64,000 bases of DNA from Actinomycetes bacterium. Lineage in GTDB: Bacteria > Actinomycetota > Acidimicrobiia > Acidimicrobiales > CADCSY01. The notes under the pieces were generated by a model. That model had not been told where the DNA came from and did not search any database. It saw nothing but the letters and a program-made list of their open reading frames with translations. Made by a program: the position numbers and the translations under genes. The DNA is taken from positions 17,056 to 81,055 of the forward strand of contig JANNOZ010000005.1 of the NCBI GenBank assembly GCA_031399525.1, written 5' to 3'. This document shows positions 1 to 9,906 of this stretch, one piece after another (within the stretch, counting starts at the first letter, position 1; each line of letters opens with the position of its first letter).

Positions 1-47
1 TACCGCGGCCACCGGCGCGTCGAGGACGGTGGCCACTCGAATCGAGA

Positions 48-1025
48 TCAGTGGGGCGCCTCGTTGAGGTCGACCGTCGCCTGCTCGGGCGCCACGATGT
101 TGATGAGCACCCCGGTGCCCAACTCGAATCCAGCCCGGGTGGTGACCTTGGGCAGCACGTGGACGTGCCAGTGGAACTCGCCGTCGTGGCGGTGAGGAGA
201 GGCGTGGAGGACGACGTTGTAGGCAATGTCGCCCAGCAGCCCCTGGAGCCGACCGAGCACGTTGCGCAAGGTGTCGCCCACCCCGGTCAGGTCGGCCGGC
301 TTCACGTGGTCGAGATGCCCCTCGTGAGCCCGGGGGATGATCAGCACCTCGTAGGGGGTGCCGCTCCAGAACGGGCAAATGGCCACCGCGTGCTCGTCTT
401 CGGCGATGACCCGCTCGCCCGATTCGACCTCGGCTTCGAGGGTGGTGCACATCAGGCACCCGCCCACGAAGCGGGCGAAGCCGGCCTCCTCGTCGGCCAA
501 CTCGCCGGGTACGAACGGGACGCCCAGGAGTTGGCCGTGGGGGTGGGCCAAAGAGGCGCCGGCTTCACGGCCGTGGTTGATGATCGCCTGGGAGTAGCGG
601 ACCGAGGGCATGGCGGCATGAGCGGCGAAGCGATCCTGGAGGGCGGCCATGACCGCCTCGACCTGGTCGTCATCGAGGCTGGCAAAACTGGTGTCGTGGT
701 CGGGGCTGAGCACCAGGATTTCGTGGATCCCCGACGCCTTGGCCCGGGTGAACACCGGCCCGAGGTGGCGGACCATGAGCTGCTCGGCCCCTTCGAAGGC
801 CGGGTAGAGATTGGGAACGACTCTGACGGTCCACTCGCCCGAAGGGCCGTTGCTGACCAGAGCGGCGGGAGTGGACTCCTCGTTGCCCGGACAGAACGGG
901 CAGGGCCGGCTCGGGTCGTGTTCGACGGGCAGATGGCGGGTGTCGAAGGACGAAGGACGGGTCGAGCGCTCGGTGGCGACGGTGACCCAGCGGCCCAGGA
1001 GGGGGTTGAGTCGGAGTTCGCTCAT
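48..1025 (-). CDS. galT: galactose-1-phosphate uridylyltransferase
   Basis: ORF 48..1169 trimmed to the ATG at 1025 (MSELRLNPLLGRW...). Has the CPFCPGNE zinc knuckle and HPHGQ active-site motif of the GalT/HIT superfamily. Confidence 0.85.
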   Translation of the reverse strand: MSELRLNPLLGRWVTVATERSTRPSSFDTRHLPVEHDPSRPCPFCPGNEESTPAALVSNGPSGEWTVRVVPNLYPAFEGAEQLMVRHLGPVFTRAKASGIHEILVLSPDHDTSFASLDDDQVEAVMAALQDRFAAHAAMPSVRYSQAIINHGREAGASLAHPHGQLLGVPFVPGELADEEAGFARFVGGCLMCTTLEAEVESGERVIAEDEHAVAICPFWSGTPYEVLIIPRAHEGHLDHVKPADLTGVGDTLRNVLGRLQGLLGDIAYNVVLHASPHRHDGEFHWHVHVLPKVTTRAGFELGTGVLINIVAPEQATVDLNEAPH

Positions 1026-1065
1026 GCCGTATCGGCTCGCTCGATGGCTGCCATCTCGGCCTAGG

Positions 1066-1815
1066 TTAACCAGTGACCCGCCGATAGACGGACACATGCT
1101 GGTCGGCGTCGTCATCGAAGGGCTCACCGGACCAGCCTGACCAGCGGCTGACCAGCGCCAGCCCGGCATCGGCGGCCAGGGAGTCGAGCTCGTCGGGGCT
1201 CAGGTATCGCACCCGGTACCGGCGCACCGCTCCGGCGCCCTCGATGGCCCCCACGATCGTCTGGCCGCCCCGGTCGCGCCGGGTGCGGTGGACGATCCCC
1301 CGAGCCGGGTCGACGCTCGACGCTTCGTCGGGCCCGTCGACGGAGTCGGCGAAGGTCGACATCTCGACGACCAGCGACCCGTTCGGAGCCAGGATCGGTG
1401 CGGCGTTGGCCAGGCAGCGAGCCTGTTCGTCGGCCGACGCCAAATTGCAGAAGGTGTTGAAGGCGATCAGGACGACAGCGAAGCCACCGGGGGCGGCCAA
1501 CGGGGCCGGGAGCGGGTCGGCGAAGTTGGCCATGGCCACTCGAATGGCGGCGCCGCCCGGCTTGGCCCGGAGCCGCTCGACCATGGCCGCCGACGCATCG
1601 ATACCGAACACCTCGATGCCCCGAGCGACGAGGGGCAGCGCCAGTCGTCCGGTGCCGATGCCCAACTCGAGTACCGGGCCACCACCAGCGGCGTTCACCA
1701 GGGCTACCACGGCCTCGACGGTGGCATCGACGTCGCTGATTTCGGCGTACCAGGCGTCATAGACGTCGGCGAAGGCGTCGCCGTACGCCGCCGGGTCGGG
1801 ATCGGCCTCAGGCAT
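1066..1815 (-). CDS. class I SAM-dependent methyltransferase
   Basis: Motif I VLELGIGTGRL and DASAAMV. Start placed at the ATG at 1815 (MPEADPD...); 1836 is an alternative. Overlaps the helicase stop by 8 nt. Confidence 0.7.
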   Translation of the reverse strand: MPEADPDPAAYGDAFADVYDAWYAEISDVDATVEAVVALVNAAGGGPVLELGIGTGRLALPLVARGIEVFGIDASAAMVERLRAKPGGAAIRVAMANFADPLPAPLAAPGGFAVVLIAFNTFCNLASADEQARCLANAAPILAPNGSLVVEMSTFADSVDGPDEASSVDPARGIVHRTRRDRGGQTIVGAIEGAGAVRRYRVRYLSPDELDSLAADAGLALVSRWSGWSGEPFDDDADQHVSVYRRVTG

Positions 1816-4516
1816 CGAGCGCGTCGAGCACGGCAAGGATCTCTTCGCCGTAGTTCTCGAGCTTGGTCGGGCCGATGCCTTCGAGTCGGGACAGCTCTAC
1901 GAGGGTGGTCGGTCGAGCCATGGCGATGCCCCGCAGGTGGCGGTCGGACAGGACGATGAACGCCGGGACCTGGTCGGCCTTGGACCTCTGGAGCCGCCAA
2001 GCTCGCAGGACGGTGTCGGCCGCCTGTTGGGCCGGGGTCAACGGCGTCGACGGGGCGCTGGGCGCCTTGGCCGAGCCGGTGCCCGCCGTTCGAGTCCGCA
2101 CCGGCGCTGGGGTCGCAGGCGTGTGGGGGGCCCGCCCGTCGAGCTCGGCCAGGAACGGTGACGGCCGGCTGGCATCGCCCAAGACCACAACCTGACGTCG
2201 GCCCCGGGTGATGGCCACGTGCAAGACCCGACGCTCTTCCTCGAGGTCGTCGGCCAGGCGGTGGGGAATGATGCCGGCGGTGGTCCCGAATACGGCGACC
2301 CGGTCCCACTCCATGCCCTTGACCCGGTGCACAGTCGAGAGGGTGACCCCGCCCGGGGTCGCTTCGCGGTGCAGGGCAGCGCGTAACCAGGCCTCGAAGG
2401 TGGTGGGGTCGCGATGGAGGTCGGCCAGCTGGGCCAGGCCCTCGAGGTCGTCGACGTGGCTGGCCCCCTCGCCGCCCTTGGAGGCGTCGAGCAGCGAGAT
2501 CGCTCCGCCCAGGCCGACCTCGTCGGTGATGACCATGAGCACTCGGCGAGTGTCGTGCCCGGCCGCCACCGCGTCGACCACCGCGCCCACGTCGGCGACC
2601 AAGCGGTCGACCTTGGCTGCGTCCTTGTCGGCCAACGAGTCGCCGATGGCGGCCACCTCTTGGTCGGTCCACCACCCTCGGCGCCCCAGGCGCTCGGCGA
2701 ACCATGGGGGGAGACCTCGGCTGGGCCGGCGCAGGATCTCGACCAGGTCGTCGGTGCGCAGCCGGCCGTCGGCCGCCCCGGATGCGCCTAGGCGCAGGTA
2801 GGCCAGCGCGGCTCGAAGGCCCAACCGGTCCAACACGCTCGGGTGCAGGACCGAGTCGAGGGGTATGCCGGCTTCGGCCAGCACGACATGGGGGGCGAGC
2901 AGCAGCGAGTTCACCCGGGAGAGCACCGCGACCTGGGCCGGCGCCGCCGGTTGGGTGGCCTCGGGGTCGAGCCACCCGGATACCACCTCGACCAGGGCTC
3001 GGGCCCCGGCGTCGGGGGCGTGGGTGCGAACCGTGAGCGCCGCCGGATCGGCGATGGCGTCGGGGCCCGGATGCATCTCCTTGGGCACCCGGCGGTGGTT
3101 GTAGGAGAGCAGGTGGCGGGCCGCGTCGACCACCGGAACCGGGCAGCGGTAGTTGACGGTCAGCGGATGGTCGGCCGCGCCCGGGAAGCGTCGGGCGAAG
3201 TCGATGAGGAATCCTGGATCGGCCCCGGCATGGCCGTAGATGACCTGGTCGTCGTCGCCCACGCCGAACACGTCGAGGCTGGGGCCGGCCACGAGGCGCA
3301 CCAGCAGGACGTGGGCCGGCGTCAGGTCCTGGAGTTCGTCGACCAGGAGGTGGCGGCCCCGGGCCTGGATCCGTCGTCGCAGGGCGCCGTCAGCCAGCAG
3401 GGCCTCGACCGCGCCGTAGATCTGCTCGTCGAAGTCGACGGCGTCGGCGTGGCGCAGCGCATGGCGGAAGGCGACGAAGGCCGGTCCGAGACCGGGTACG
3501 TCGTCGCGTCCGGCCTCCACCTCGTCGGGGTCGAGCAGGCCCAGCCGCACCAGAGAGAGCGCTTCGAGGTAGGGGGCGATTGGGTCGGTATTGGCCCGGC
3601 GCTTGACCTTGGGGACCACCGAACGGACCAGGTCGCGTGCGCTTCGCTCGTCGAGCACGGTCGGGCGTCGGCCCCGGGCCTGGCCGAGGATCGAGTAGCC
3701 GAGGGCGTTGAGGGTCTGGACCCGGGGGCGGAAGTCGACGGTCCGAGCTTCGAGTTCTTCCTGGGCCTTCTTGTTGTAGGCCACGGCCAGGACCAGCTCG
3801 GATTCGACGCCGCGGTCGACGATGAGGTGGCGGAGGCGTTCGGTGAGGACCCGGGTCTTGCCTGACCCGGCGGGAGCGATGATGCGGGCCGGCCCGGCGC
3901 CGTGGGTGACCGCGGCCAGCTGATCGGCAGCCAACTCGGCGGCCGGCGGGCGGGGGGAGGGTGCCGGGGTGAGGGCGCCGAGCTCGACGCTCTCGGCGTG
4001 GACGAGGACGAGCTCGCCCAGTGCATCCGGGTCACTCGATGGCTCGGGGCCCCGCGGGCCGCCGTCGATCCAGGCCGGGCGCCCGTCGGCCAGTACGACG
4101 TCGCCCCGGCCGTCGGTGGTTGGCGACGCGCCGAGGCGGATGGCCTTGCGGGCCCACCACCACACCGGGTCGCCATCCTGGCGGGCGTCATAGGTGTTGG
4201 CCCACACCAGGTGGTGGAGGCGGTCGGCCCACAGCTCGTGGTCGGCGTCGAGGGTCCAAGGCTCGACCGCGGACGAGGTGGGATCACGAAAGCGGGCCGG
4301 GTCGACGGCCAACTCGACCACGACTGGTCGCCGAGTCGACCAAGCCGCGTGCAGCCGGGCGACCGCGTCGGCCGGGGCGCTCAGCGTGGCGTCGTCGATG
4401 CGCACCCGTTCGAGGGCGGGGTCGGCCCACGCAGCGGGGACCGGAGGTCCGTCGATGGCTACGACCACACCTCGGCCGAGAGTCGCCGGACCCGGAGGAG
4501 CGCTCGGCACGGGCAT
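1808..4516 (-). CDS. UvrD/Rep-family ATP-dependent DNA helicase with C-terminal HRDC domain and ~195-aa N-terminal extension
   Basis: Walker A APAGSGKT, DELQD box, VHRVKGMEWD, HVAITRGR, and a C-terminal HRDC-like block (LRAWRLQRSKADQVPAFIVLSDRHLRGIA...GIGPTKLENYGEEIL). ORF 1808..4759 trimmed to the ATG at 4516. Confidence 0.85.
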   Translation of the reverse strand: MPVPSAPPGPATLGRGVVVAIDGPPVPAAWADPALERVRIDDATLSAPADAVARLHAAWSTRRPVVVELAVDPARFRDPTSSAVEPWTLDADHELWADRLHHLVWANTYDARQDGDPVWWWARKAIRLGASPTTDGRGDVVLADGRPAWIDGGPRGPEPSSDPDALGELVLVHAESVELGALTPAPSPRPPAAELAADQLAAVTHGAGPARIIAPAGSGKTRVLTERLRHLIVDRGVESELVLAVAYNKKAQEELEARTVDFRPRVQTLNALGYSILGQARGRRPTVLDERSARDLVRSVVPKVKRRANTDPIAPYLEALSLVRLGLLDPDEVEAGRDDVPGLGPAFVAFRHALRHADAVDFDEQIYGAVEALLADGALRRRIQARGRHLLVDELQDLTPAHVLLVRLVAGPSLDVFGVGDDDQVIYGHAGADPGFLIDFARRFPGAADHPLTVNYRCPVPVVDAARHLLSYNHRRVPKEMHPGPDAIADPAALTVRTHAPDAGARALVEVVSGWLDPEATQPAAPAQVAVLSRVNSLLLAPHVVLAEAGIPLDSVLHPSVLDRLGLRAALAYLRLGASGAADGRLRTDDLVEILRRPSRGLPPWFAERLGRRGWWTDQEVAAIGDSLADKDAAKVDRLVADVGAVVDAVAAGHDTRRVLMVITDEVGLGGAISLLDASKGGEGASHVDDLEGLAQLADLHRDPTTFEAWLRAALHREATPGGVTLSTVHRVKGMEWDRVAVFGTTAGIIPHRLADDLEEERRVLHVAITRGRRQVVVLGDASRPSPFLAELDGRAPHTPATPAPVRTRTAGTGSAKAPSAPSTPLTPAQQAADTVLRAWRLQRSKADQVPAFIVLSDRHLRGIAMARPTTLVELSRLEGIGPTKLENYGEEILAVLDALDA

Positions 4517-4562
4517 CCGCGAGACCCTACGAGGGCGCGCTGACACTCCCCGGTCGAGCGAC

Positions 4563-5324
4563 TCAGCCCTCGTCCCGGTCGGGGGTGTCGGCGTCTCGAG
4601 CCATCCCGAAGAAGTCGGATCGATCGCGATGGCGGGCGGCCGGCGACTTGGCCCGGAACCGGTGCGTGGCCCGGTCGAGGCTGGAGAAGGCGGTGCGGGT
4701 GCCCGGCGGGTCGGTGGACCACTGCTGGGTGTTGCCAGCCGCCAGCCCGACCCGCCCACCTTCGGCGTACGCGTCTTGGTTGGCTCCGAGGAAGACGAAG
4801 GTCCATCCCGCGGCTTGGTAGCGACGGATCATGCTGAACAGCTCGTCCCGGTCGAACTCCATCGACGCGTTCTCGGCGCCGTCGGTCACGGCCACGAACA
4901 GCACGTCGAACGTGCAGTCAGAGGTCGCGGCGTCCGTCATACGTTCGGCGGTGTGGAGGATGGCTCGGCCCATGGCGTCGTAGAGGGGTGTCGATCCCCG
5001 GGGAACGAAGGTCTCCCGATCGAGGTCGTCGACGTCATCGAGGGGAACGGCGTCGGCCACCAGCTCGAACGGGTCGGCGCTGTCGAACTGCACGAGCGTG
5101 AGCACGCACTCGCCCTCGGTCTTGCGTTGGCCGGCGACGAAGTCGTTGAAGGAATCGATGACGTCGTCGGCGATGGCAGCCATCGATCCGGATCGGTCGA
5201 GTACCACGACGAGGTGGACCGAAACGGGGTTCGAGGTGGCGGCGGGGGGGTTCGGCCATGTGAGCGCTTTCGTGGCGAGGGGGCGTCCTGAGTCGGTGGC
5301 AATTGAAGGTTGGTGGGGTGACAC
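4563..5324 (-). CDS. von Willebrand factor type A (vWA) domain protein
   Basis: MIDAS-type DRSGSM ... TPLYDAMG ... TDGAENAS. GTG start at 5324 with no clear SD. Confidence 0.65.
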   Translation of the reverse strand: MSPHQPSIATDSGRPLATKALTWPNPPAATSNPVSVHLVVVLDRSGSMAAIADDVIDSFNDFVAGQRKTEGECVLTLVQFDSADPFELVADAVPLDDVDDLDRETFVPRGSTPLYDAMGRAILHTAERMTDAATSDCTFDVLFVAVTDGAENASMEFDRDELFSMIRRYQAAGWTFVFLGANQDAYAEGGRVGLAAGNTQQWSTDPPGTRTAFSSLDRATHRFRAKSPAARHRDRSDFFGMARDADTPDRDEG

Positions 5325-5351
5325 GAACGAAGGTTCGTGGAGCGGGGATGG

Positions 5352-5744
5352 CTACCCCTCGAGGGCTCCCGGGTCGGCGGGTACATCGACGGCGTGGGCC
5401 CGGAGGGCATCGAGGGGCACCAAGTCGAGCGCCCGCTCGTGGGTGGAGGCCAACACGACCGGCGCCGCCGAACCGTCGCGGTGGGCCCGCAGCCAGTTGC
5501 CGGCCGTCACACACCACCGGTCACCTGGGACCAAGCCAGCGAAGTGGTACTGGGGTGCCGGCGTCGAGAGGTCGTTGCCGATGGACCGTTGGTGGTCCAG
5601 GAACTCGGCAGTCACCACCGCGCAGACCGTGTGGCTCCCCGCGTCCTGAGGGCCAGTGGTGCAACAACCGTCCCGGTAGAAGCCAGTCACCGGGTCGGTG
5701 CCACAAGGCTCGAGCTCGCCCCCGAGCACGTTGCGATCGGGCAT
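5352..5744 (-). CDS. DUF2237 family protein
   Basis: PCGTDPVTGFYRDGCCTTGPQDAGSHTVCAVVTAEFL...GDRWCV is characteristic of DUF2237. Trimmed to the ATG at 5744. Confidence 0.7.
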   Translation of the reverse strand: MPDRNVLGGELEPCGTDPVTGFYRDGCCTTGPQDAGSHTVCAVVTAEFLDHQRSIGNDLSTPAPQYHFAGLVPGDRWCVTAGNWLRAHRDGSAAPVVLASTHERALDLVPLDALRAHAVDVPADPGALEG

Positions 5745-5840
5745 CGGCTCAGTATGACCGCGCCGATTTGCCCGCGCTTCGACCTCGGTGCCGCCGTTTG
5801 ACCTCATGGTTCGGAGGCTGCGACCTCCTACGCTCGACCG

Positions 5841-6938
5841 ATGCCCTCGGTCTACCTCGATCACGCGGCGACCACGCCGGTTCGGCCGTCGGTGGCCGAG
5901 GCCATGTGGCCCTGGATCGGTGGCGGACGCTTCGGCAACGCCTCGGGCGCCCACCAGGTGGCCCGCCAGGCTCGGGCTGCGGTCGACGATGCCCGTGAGA
6001 TCGTGGCCGCTGGCCTGGGTTGTCGACCGGCCGACGTGGTGTTCACCAGCGGCGGGACCGAGGCCGACAACACCGCGATTGCCGGTGCCGCCCTAGGCGG
6101 GGCGCTGGTCGCCTGCTCGGCCATCGAGCATCACGCCGTTCTCGAGCCGGTGCTGGCCCACGGCGGGACCACCGTGGCGGTCGATGCCCAGGGCGTCCTC
6201 GATCTCGATCGCCTCCCAGCGAACGTCCGCCTGGTCTCGGTCATGTCGGTCAACAACGAGGTCGGCACCATTCAGCCGATCGCCGAGCTGCGAGCCGCGG
6301 TTGGACCCGACGTCGTGGTCCACACCGACGCGGTCCAGGCCGTGGCCTGGCTCGACGTGGCCGACGTGGTCGCAGAGGCCGATCTGGTGTCGGTGTCGGC
6401 TCACAAGTTGGGCGGGCCCCAGGGTGTAGGTGCCCTCGTCGTACGCCCGGGCACCGACCTGGCCCCATTGCTGCGCGGCGGAGGCCAGGAGCTCGATCGG
6501 CGCAGTGGCACCCACGACGTGGCCGGCATCATCGGCTTCGCCGAAGCGGTCCGGGTCACCGTCGCCGAGCGGGCCGAGACGGTTGCCCGGGTCGGAGTGC
6601 TGCGTGACCGACTGGTCGACGGGTTGGTCGACGCCATCGACGGTTGTGCCGAGACAGTGTCCCGCCCCCTGAAGGTTGCTGGTAACGCCCACCTCTCCAT
6701 CGAAGGAATCGACTCCGAGTCTCTGCTGGTCCTGCTCGACCGAGCCGGGGTGTGCGCGTCGATCGGGGCGTCTTGCGCCTCGGGAGCCGTCGAGGCGTCC
6801 CACGTGCTGGCGGCCATGGGCCGTCCGGCCCGAGGCGCCTTGCGCCTCACCCTCGGCTGGTGCTCCACCGACGACGACGTCGACGTTGCCCTCGATGTCA
6901 TCCCCGCCGCTGTGGCCCAACTCCGGAGACAACCATGA
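5841..6938 (+). CDS. cysteine desulfurase (NifS/IscS-like, class V aminotransferase)
   Basis: YLDHAATTP, FTSGGTEADN, PLP-lysine motif SVSAHKLGGPQG. ATGA overlap with mnmA. Confidence 0.85.
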   Translation: MPSVYLDHAATTPVRPSVAEAMWPWIGGGRFGNASGAHQVARQARAAVDDAREIVAAGLGCRPADVVFTSGGTEADNTAIAGAALGGALVACSAIEHHAVLEPVLAHGGTTVAVDAQGVLDLDRLPANVRLVSVMSVNNEVGTIQPIAELRAAVGPDVVVHTDAVQAVAWLDVADVVAEADLVSVSAHKLGGPQGVGALVVRPGTDLAPLLRGGGQELDRRSGTHDVAGIIGFAEAVRVTVAERAETVARVGVLRDRLVDGLVDAIDGCAETVSRPLKVAGNAHLSIEGIDSESLLVLLDRAGVCASIGASCASGAVEASHVLAAMGRPARGALRLTLGWCSTDDDVDVALDVIPAAVAQLRRQP

Positions 6939-7963
6939 CCGACTCGGTGCTGGTCGCCATGTCGGGCGGCGTCGACTCGTCGGTGGCCGCCGCCCTGCTG
7001 CTCGAGGCCGGCTACGACGTCACCGGGGTGACCCTGCGCCTGTGGGGTGGCGAGTCGGACCAAGGGTGCTGCTCGGCCGCCGACGTCGACGATGCCCGCC
7101 GGGTCGCTCAGCAGCTCGGGATCGCCCACTACGTGTTCAACCTGGCCGACGAGTTCACGGCCGGCGTGGTCGAGCCCTATGTCGCCGCTCATGCCGACGG
7201 GCTGACACCCAACCCGTGCATCGAATGCAATCGCACGATCAAGTTCGACCAGCTCCTCCGGCGGACCGACGCCATGGGTTTCGACCTGTTGGCCACCGGC
7301 CACCACGCCCGGATCGGCCCTGGTGGTCAACTGCGTCGGGGTGCCGACCCGGGCAAGGACCAGAGCTACGTCCTGCACATGCTGAGTGCAGCGGTGCTGC
7401 AGCGGGTCCGCTTCCCCGTGGGTGACATGACCAAGGACGAGGTCCGCCGGCGGGCCGATGGGCTCGGTCTTCGCAGCGCCGACAAGCCCGACAGCCAGGA
7501 GGTGTGCTTCATCGCGTCGACGACCAGCCGGGGCGGCTTCCTGGCCGACCGGGGGTTGACCCTGACCCCGGGGCGGGTGGTCGAGGCCGGATCGGGGACC
7601 GAGGTCGGCCGGGTCGAGGGAGTGGAGTTGGTCACCGTCGGCCAGCGCAAGGGCTTGGGTCTGGCCGGAGGATCTGAGCCTCGCTACGTCACCTCGGTCG
7701 ACGTGAACTCGGCCACCGTCACCGTCGGGCCCCGTCGAGATCTGCTGGTCGATCACGTGACGGTGACCAGCTGGAGTTGGGTCACCGGGCCGATGACCGG
7801 TGCGGTCCAGGTGCAGACCTCGGCCCACGGTGTGCCCGTCGACGGGTGGCTCGAGCCGACGGGCGTGGTGCGCTTGGCCCAGCCCACCCGGCGGGTTGCG
7901 CCGGGTCAGTCGGTGGTGGCCTACCGAGGCGACCAGGTCGTCGGCGGGGGCCCTGCGCTCTAG
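6935..7963 (+). CDS. mnmA: tRNA 2-thiouridine(34) synthase
   Basis: N-terminal PP-loop VLVAMSGGVDSSVAA, CCSAADVDDARRV, NPCIECN. ATG at 6935 within ORF 6752..7963. Confidence 0.9.
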   Translation: MTDSVLVAMSGGVDSSVAAALLLEAGYDVTGVTLRLWGGESDQGCCSAADVDDARRVAQQLGIAHYVFNLADEFTAGVVEPYVAAHADGLTPNPCIECNRTIKFDQLLRRTDAMGFDLLATGHHARIGPGGQLRRGADPGKDQSYVLHMLSAAVLQRVRFPVGDMTKDEVRRRADGLGLRSADKPDSQEVCFIASTTSRGGFLADRGLTLTPGRVVEAGSGTEVGRVEGVELVTVGQRKGLGLAGGSEPRYVTSVDVNSATVTVGPRRDLLVDHVTVTSWSWVTGPMTGAVQVQTSAHGVPVDGWLEPTGVVRLAQPTRRVAPGQSVVAYRGDQVVGGGPAL

Positions 7964-7967
7964 GTGC

Positions 7968-8855
7968 TCAGCCCACCCTGATCCGGCGGGTGCTGGCTTC
8001 GGCCAGGAGCCGGCCCGGTCGGGTCGGGGTGCAGAGCAGGGCGCGGGCCGGCTGGCCTCGTGTCTCGTTGGATCGAGCTCGCACCAGGGGCACCGATTCG
8101 GCCAGGCGGACTTCGACCGCGAGTCCGGGAGAACCGGCGGTCAGGTCGAGGGCGTCGGTGTCGACCGGGGCCGGGCCGATGCTGACGATCTCGCCTCGCC
8201 GGAACAGCACCGGGTCGAGCAGGGCCAGGTGGTCCTTCAGGACCAACCCGGCGGGGACCAGGACCACCCAGCGCAGGCAGAGCGCATGCAACGCCCGTAC
8301 GCCGACTACGGCGACGGCGGCCCCGATGGCCACGGCGATGGCGCCGGCCACCCATTGATGGGCGGCGAGCAGGAGCGGACCGGTAACGCAGCCAGCGATC
8401 ACCGCGACCGCGGCCAACGGGAGGGGCCCGATGAGCGTGGCTCCCGGCGGCCGGAGAGGGAAGCGGCGCTCGTCTCCGTAGGCCGCACCGTTCACGAACA
8501 CGAACCCGGTTTCGGGCGCCAAGGCGATGGCGACCACGACGATGGCGGCGACGACCGCGGCCACGCTGGCCTCGGCGCTGGGCTCACCGGTCGAGGCGGC
8601 GGCGATGGCGGCGGCGATCGACCCGACGGCGGCGAGTCGGACGGGGACCAGCCCCCATGGCCGGGGCACTACGAGGGCGAGGAGCACACCAGCCCAGATC
8701 AGCCACAGCCCGACCGATGCCACGGTGCGCACGTCGTCAGACCGGGGGTCGAGCGCGGCGGCCAGCGCCGGCCCAGCGACCAGCGGCAGCCCGGCCCAAG
8801 TGGCCCGTTCGATCCAGGGCCACGCTCGTTCACCCACGATGTCGCCCACCTGCAC
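7968..8855 (-). CDS. polytopic membrane protein of unknown function with soluble C-terminal domain
   Basis: Several hydrophobic helices. GTG at 8855 preceded by GGGGAG (reverse complement of 8863..8868). The upstream part of ORF 7968..9155 looks non-coding. Confidence 0.5.
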   Translation of the reverse strand: MQVGDIVGERAWPWIERATWAGLPLVAGPALAAALDPRSDDVRTVASVGLWLIWAGVLLALVVPRPWGLVPVRLAAVGSIAAAIAAASTGEPSAEASVAAVVAAIVVVAIALAPETGFVFVNGAAYGDERRFPLRPPGATLIGPLPLAAVAVIAGCVTGPLLLAAHQWVAGAIAVAIGAAVAVVGVRALHALCLRWVVLVPAGLVLKDHLALLDPVLFRRGEIVSIGPAPVDTDALDLTAGSPGLAVEVRLAESVPLVRARSNETRGQPARALLCTPTRPGRLLAEASTRRIRVG

Positions 8856-8910
8856 CCATTCATTCTCCCCGCCCCGGCGCCGACCCTGCGATTCCGGGCA
8901 CCCACTTGCC

Positions 8911-8955
8911 GTCGTTGTCTGGTGCACGCAGGGCGTGCACCCGACGACAACGACG
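8911..8955. repeat. palindromic repeat copy A (GTCGTTGTC-TGG-TGCACGC-AGG-GCGTGCA-CCCGAC-GACAACGAC)
   Basis: Imperfect hairpin. About 80% identical by eye to copy B at 9907..9945. Sits in a divergent promoter region ~40 nt upstream of the DUF559 pseudogene. Confidence 0.7.
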
Positions 8956-8996
8956 CCGCTCGGGTCGGTGTCACACCCGCCGGGTGAGATGGGTCG

Positions 8997-9902
8997 ATGC
9001 AAACGACGGCCGCCCGAGTGGCGGCAATGGCGGCCCGGCGTCACGGCGGGGTGACCCGGGGAGGCATGGCGGCCGTCGGCGTCACCCGTAGCCAGATCGG
9101 TCATTTGGTCGCCTCGGGTGTCCTCGTCCGTGTCCATCCGGGCGTGTACCGCCACCGGGCGGCGACGCCGAGCTGGGCGGCCCAGGTCTACGCCGCGACC
9201 CGAGCGACCAGTGGACCGGCAGTGGCGTCACACCGGGCGGCTGGGCGGCTGTGGGGCCTACGCGACGTGCGGTGTGGACTGCCAGAGATCACGGTGACGG
9301 GACGTTGCGGCCCGATCTGAAGGGCGTGCGGGTACACCGAACCACGATGCTCGACGATGTCGACGTGACCGAACTCGACGGCATTCCCGTGACGTCGGTC
9401 GCTCGGACACTGCTCGACCTCGGAGCGGTACTGCCCGCTACCAAGGTGATCCAGGTGACCCAGGACGCGCTCTTGGCCGGTTCGGTCTCCGCCACCAGCG
9501 TGCTCGGTGCACTCGAGCGAGTTGGTTCCCGGGCCGGGACGGCGCCGGTGCGTCAGGCGATGGTCGAGCGGCTCTCTGACCGGGCCGAGAGCCGGCTCGA
9601 AGTCGACCTGGTTCGGCTGGTGGGGCGACTCCAAGGGCCGCCTCCCGTGCTCCAGTACGAGCTCGACACCCCGTCGGGGTCGAAGCTGCGCCTCGCCTGG
9701 CCTGGCCGGCCCGACGCCTGGCGGTCGAGGCCGACGGGCGCCGATGGCATACGACGACGGCCGATTTCGAACGTGACCTGACTCGCCACACGCCATCCAG
9801 GCCCTCGGGTGGCGCCACCTGCGATTCGGCTGGGCCGACGTGCACGATCGCGCCGATGCGACGCTGGACGTCATCGCCGGGTCGATCGCCCTCGCCGCGT
9901 GA
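8997..9902 (+). pseudogene. DUF559 / Vsr-like endonuclease-domain protein with N-terminal wHTH, disrupted by three frameshifts
   Basis: Family-typical blocks lie in three frames. Frame 0 has MAARRHGGVTR...LVASGVLVRVHPGVYR...LWGLR. From ~9300, frame 2 has GVRVHRTTMLDDVDVTELDGIPVTSVARTLLDLGAVL. From ~9718, frame 1 has LAVEADGRRWHTTTADFERDLTRH. From ~9795, frame 0 has IQALGWRHLRFGWADVHDR, ending at the TGA at 9900. Confidence 0.65.
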
Positions 9903-9906
9903 CTCA

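Noticed and set aside
1704-2975. Long Arg/Pro/Gly-rich ORFs overlapping real genes (for example 1704..2975, 6401..7828, 12450..13520, 18649..20389, 21153..23141, 23020..24258, 38625..40833, 47838..48416, 54550..55887)
   Set aside because: These are typical antisense or out-of-frame open frames of ~70% GC DNA. Their composition is low-complexity, none has a family motif, and each overlaps a strongly supported gene.
4563-5324. vWA protein next to the helicase as an anti-phage or ternary vWA-ATPase system
   Set aside because: There is no associated AAA/MoxR ATPase, protease, kinase or effector gene. The neighbours on both sides are housekeeping genes.
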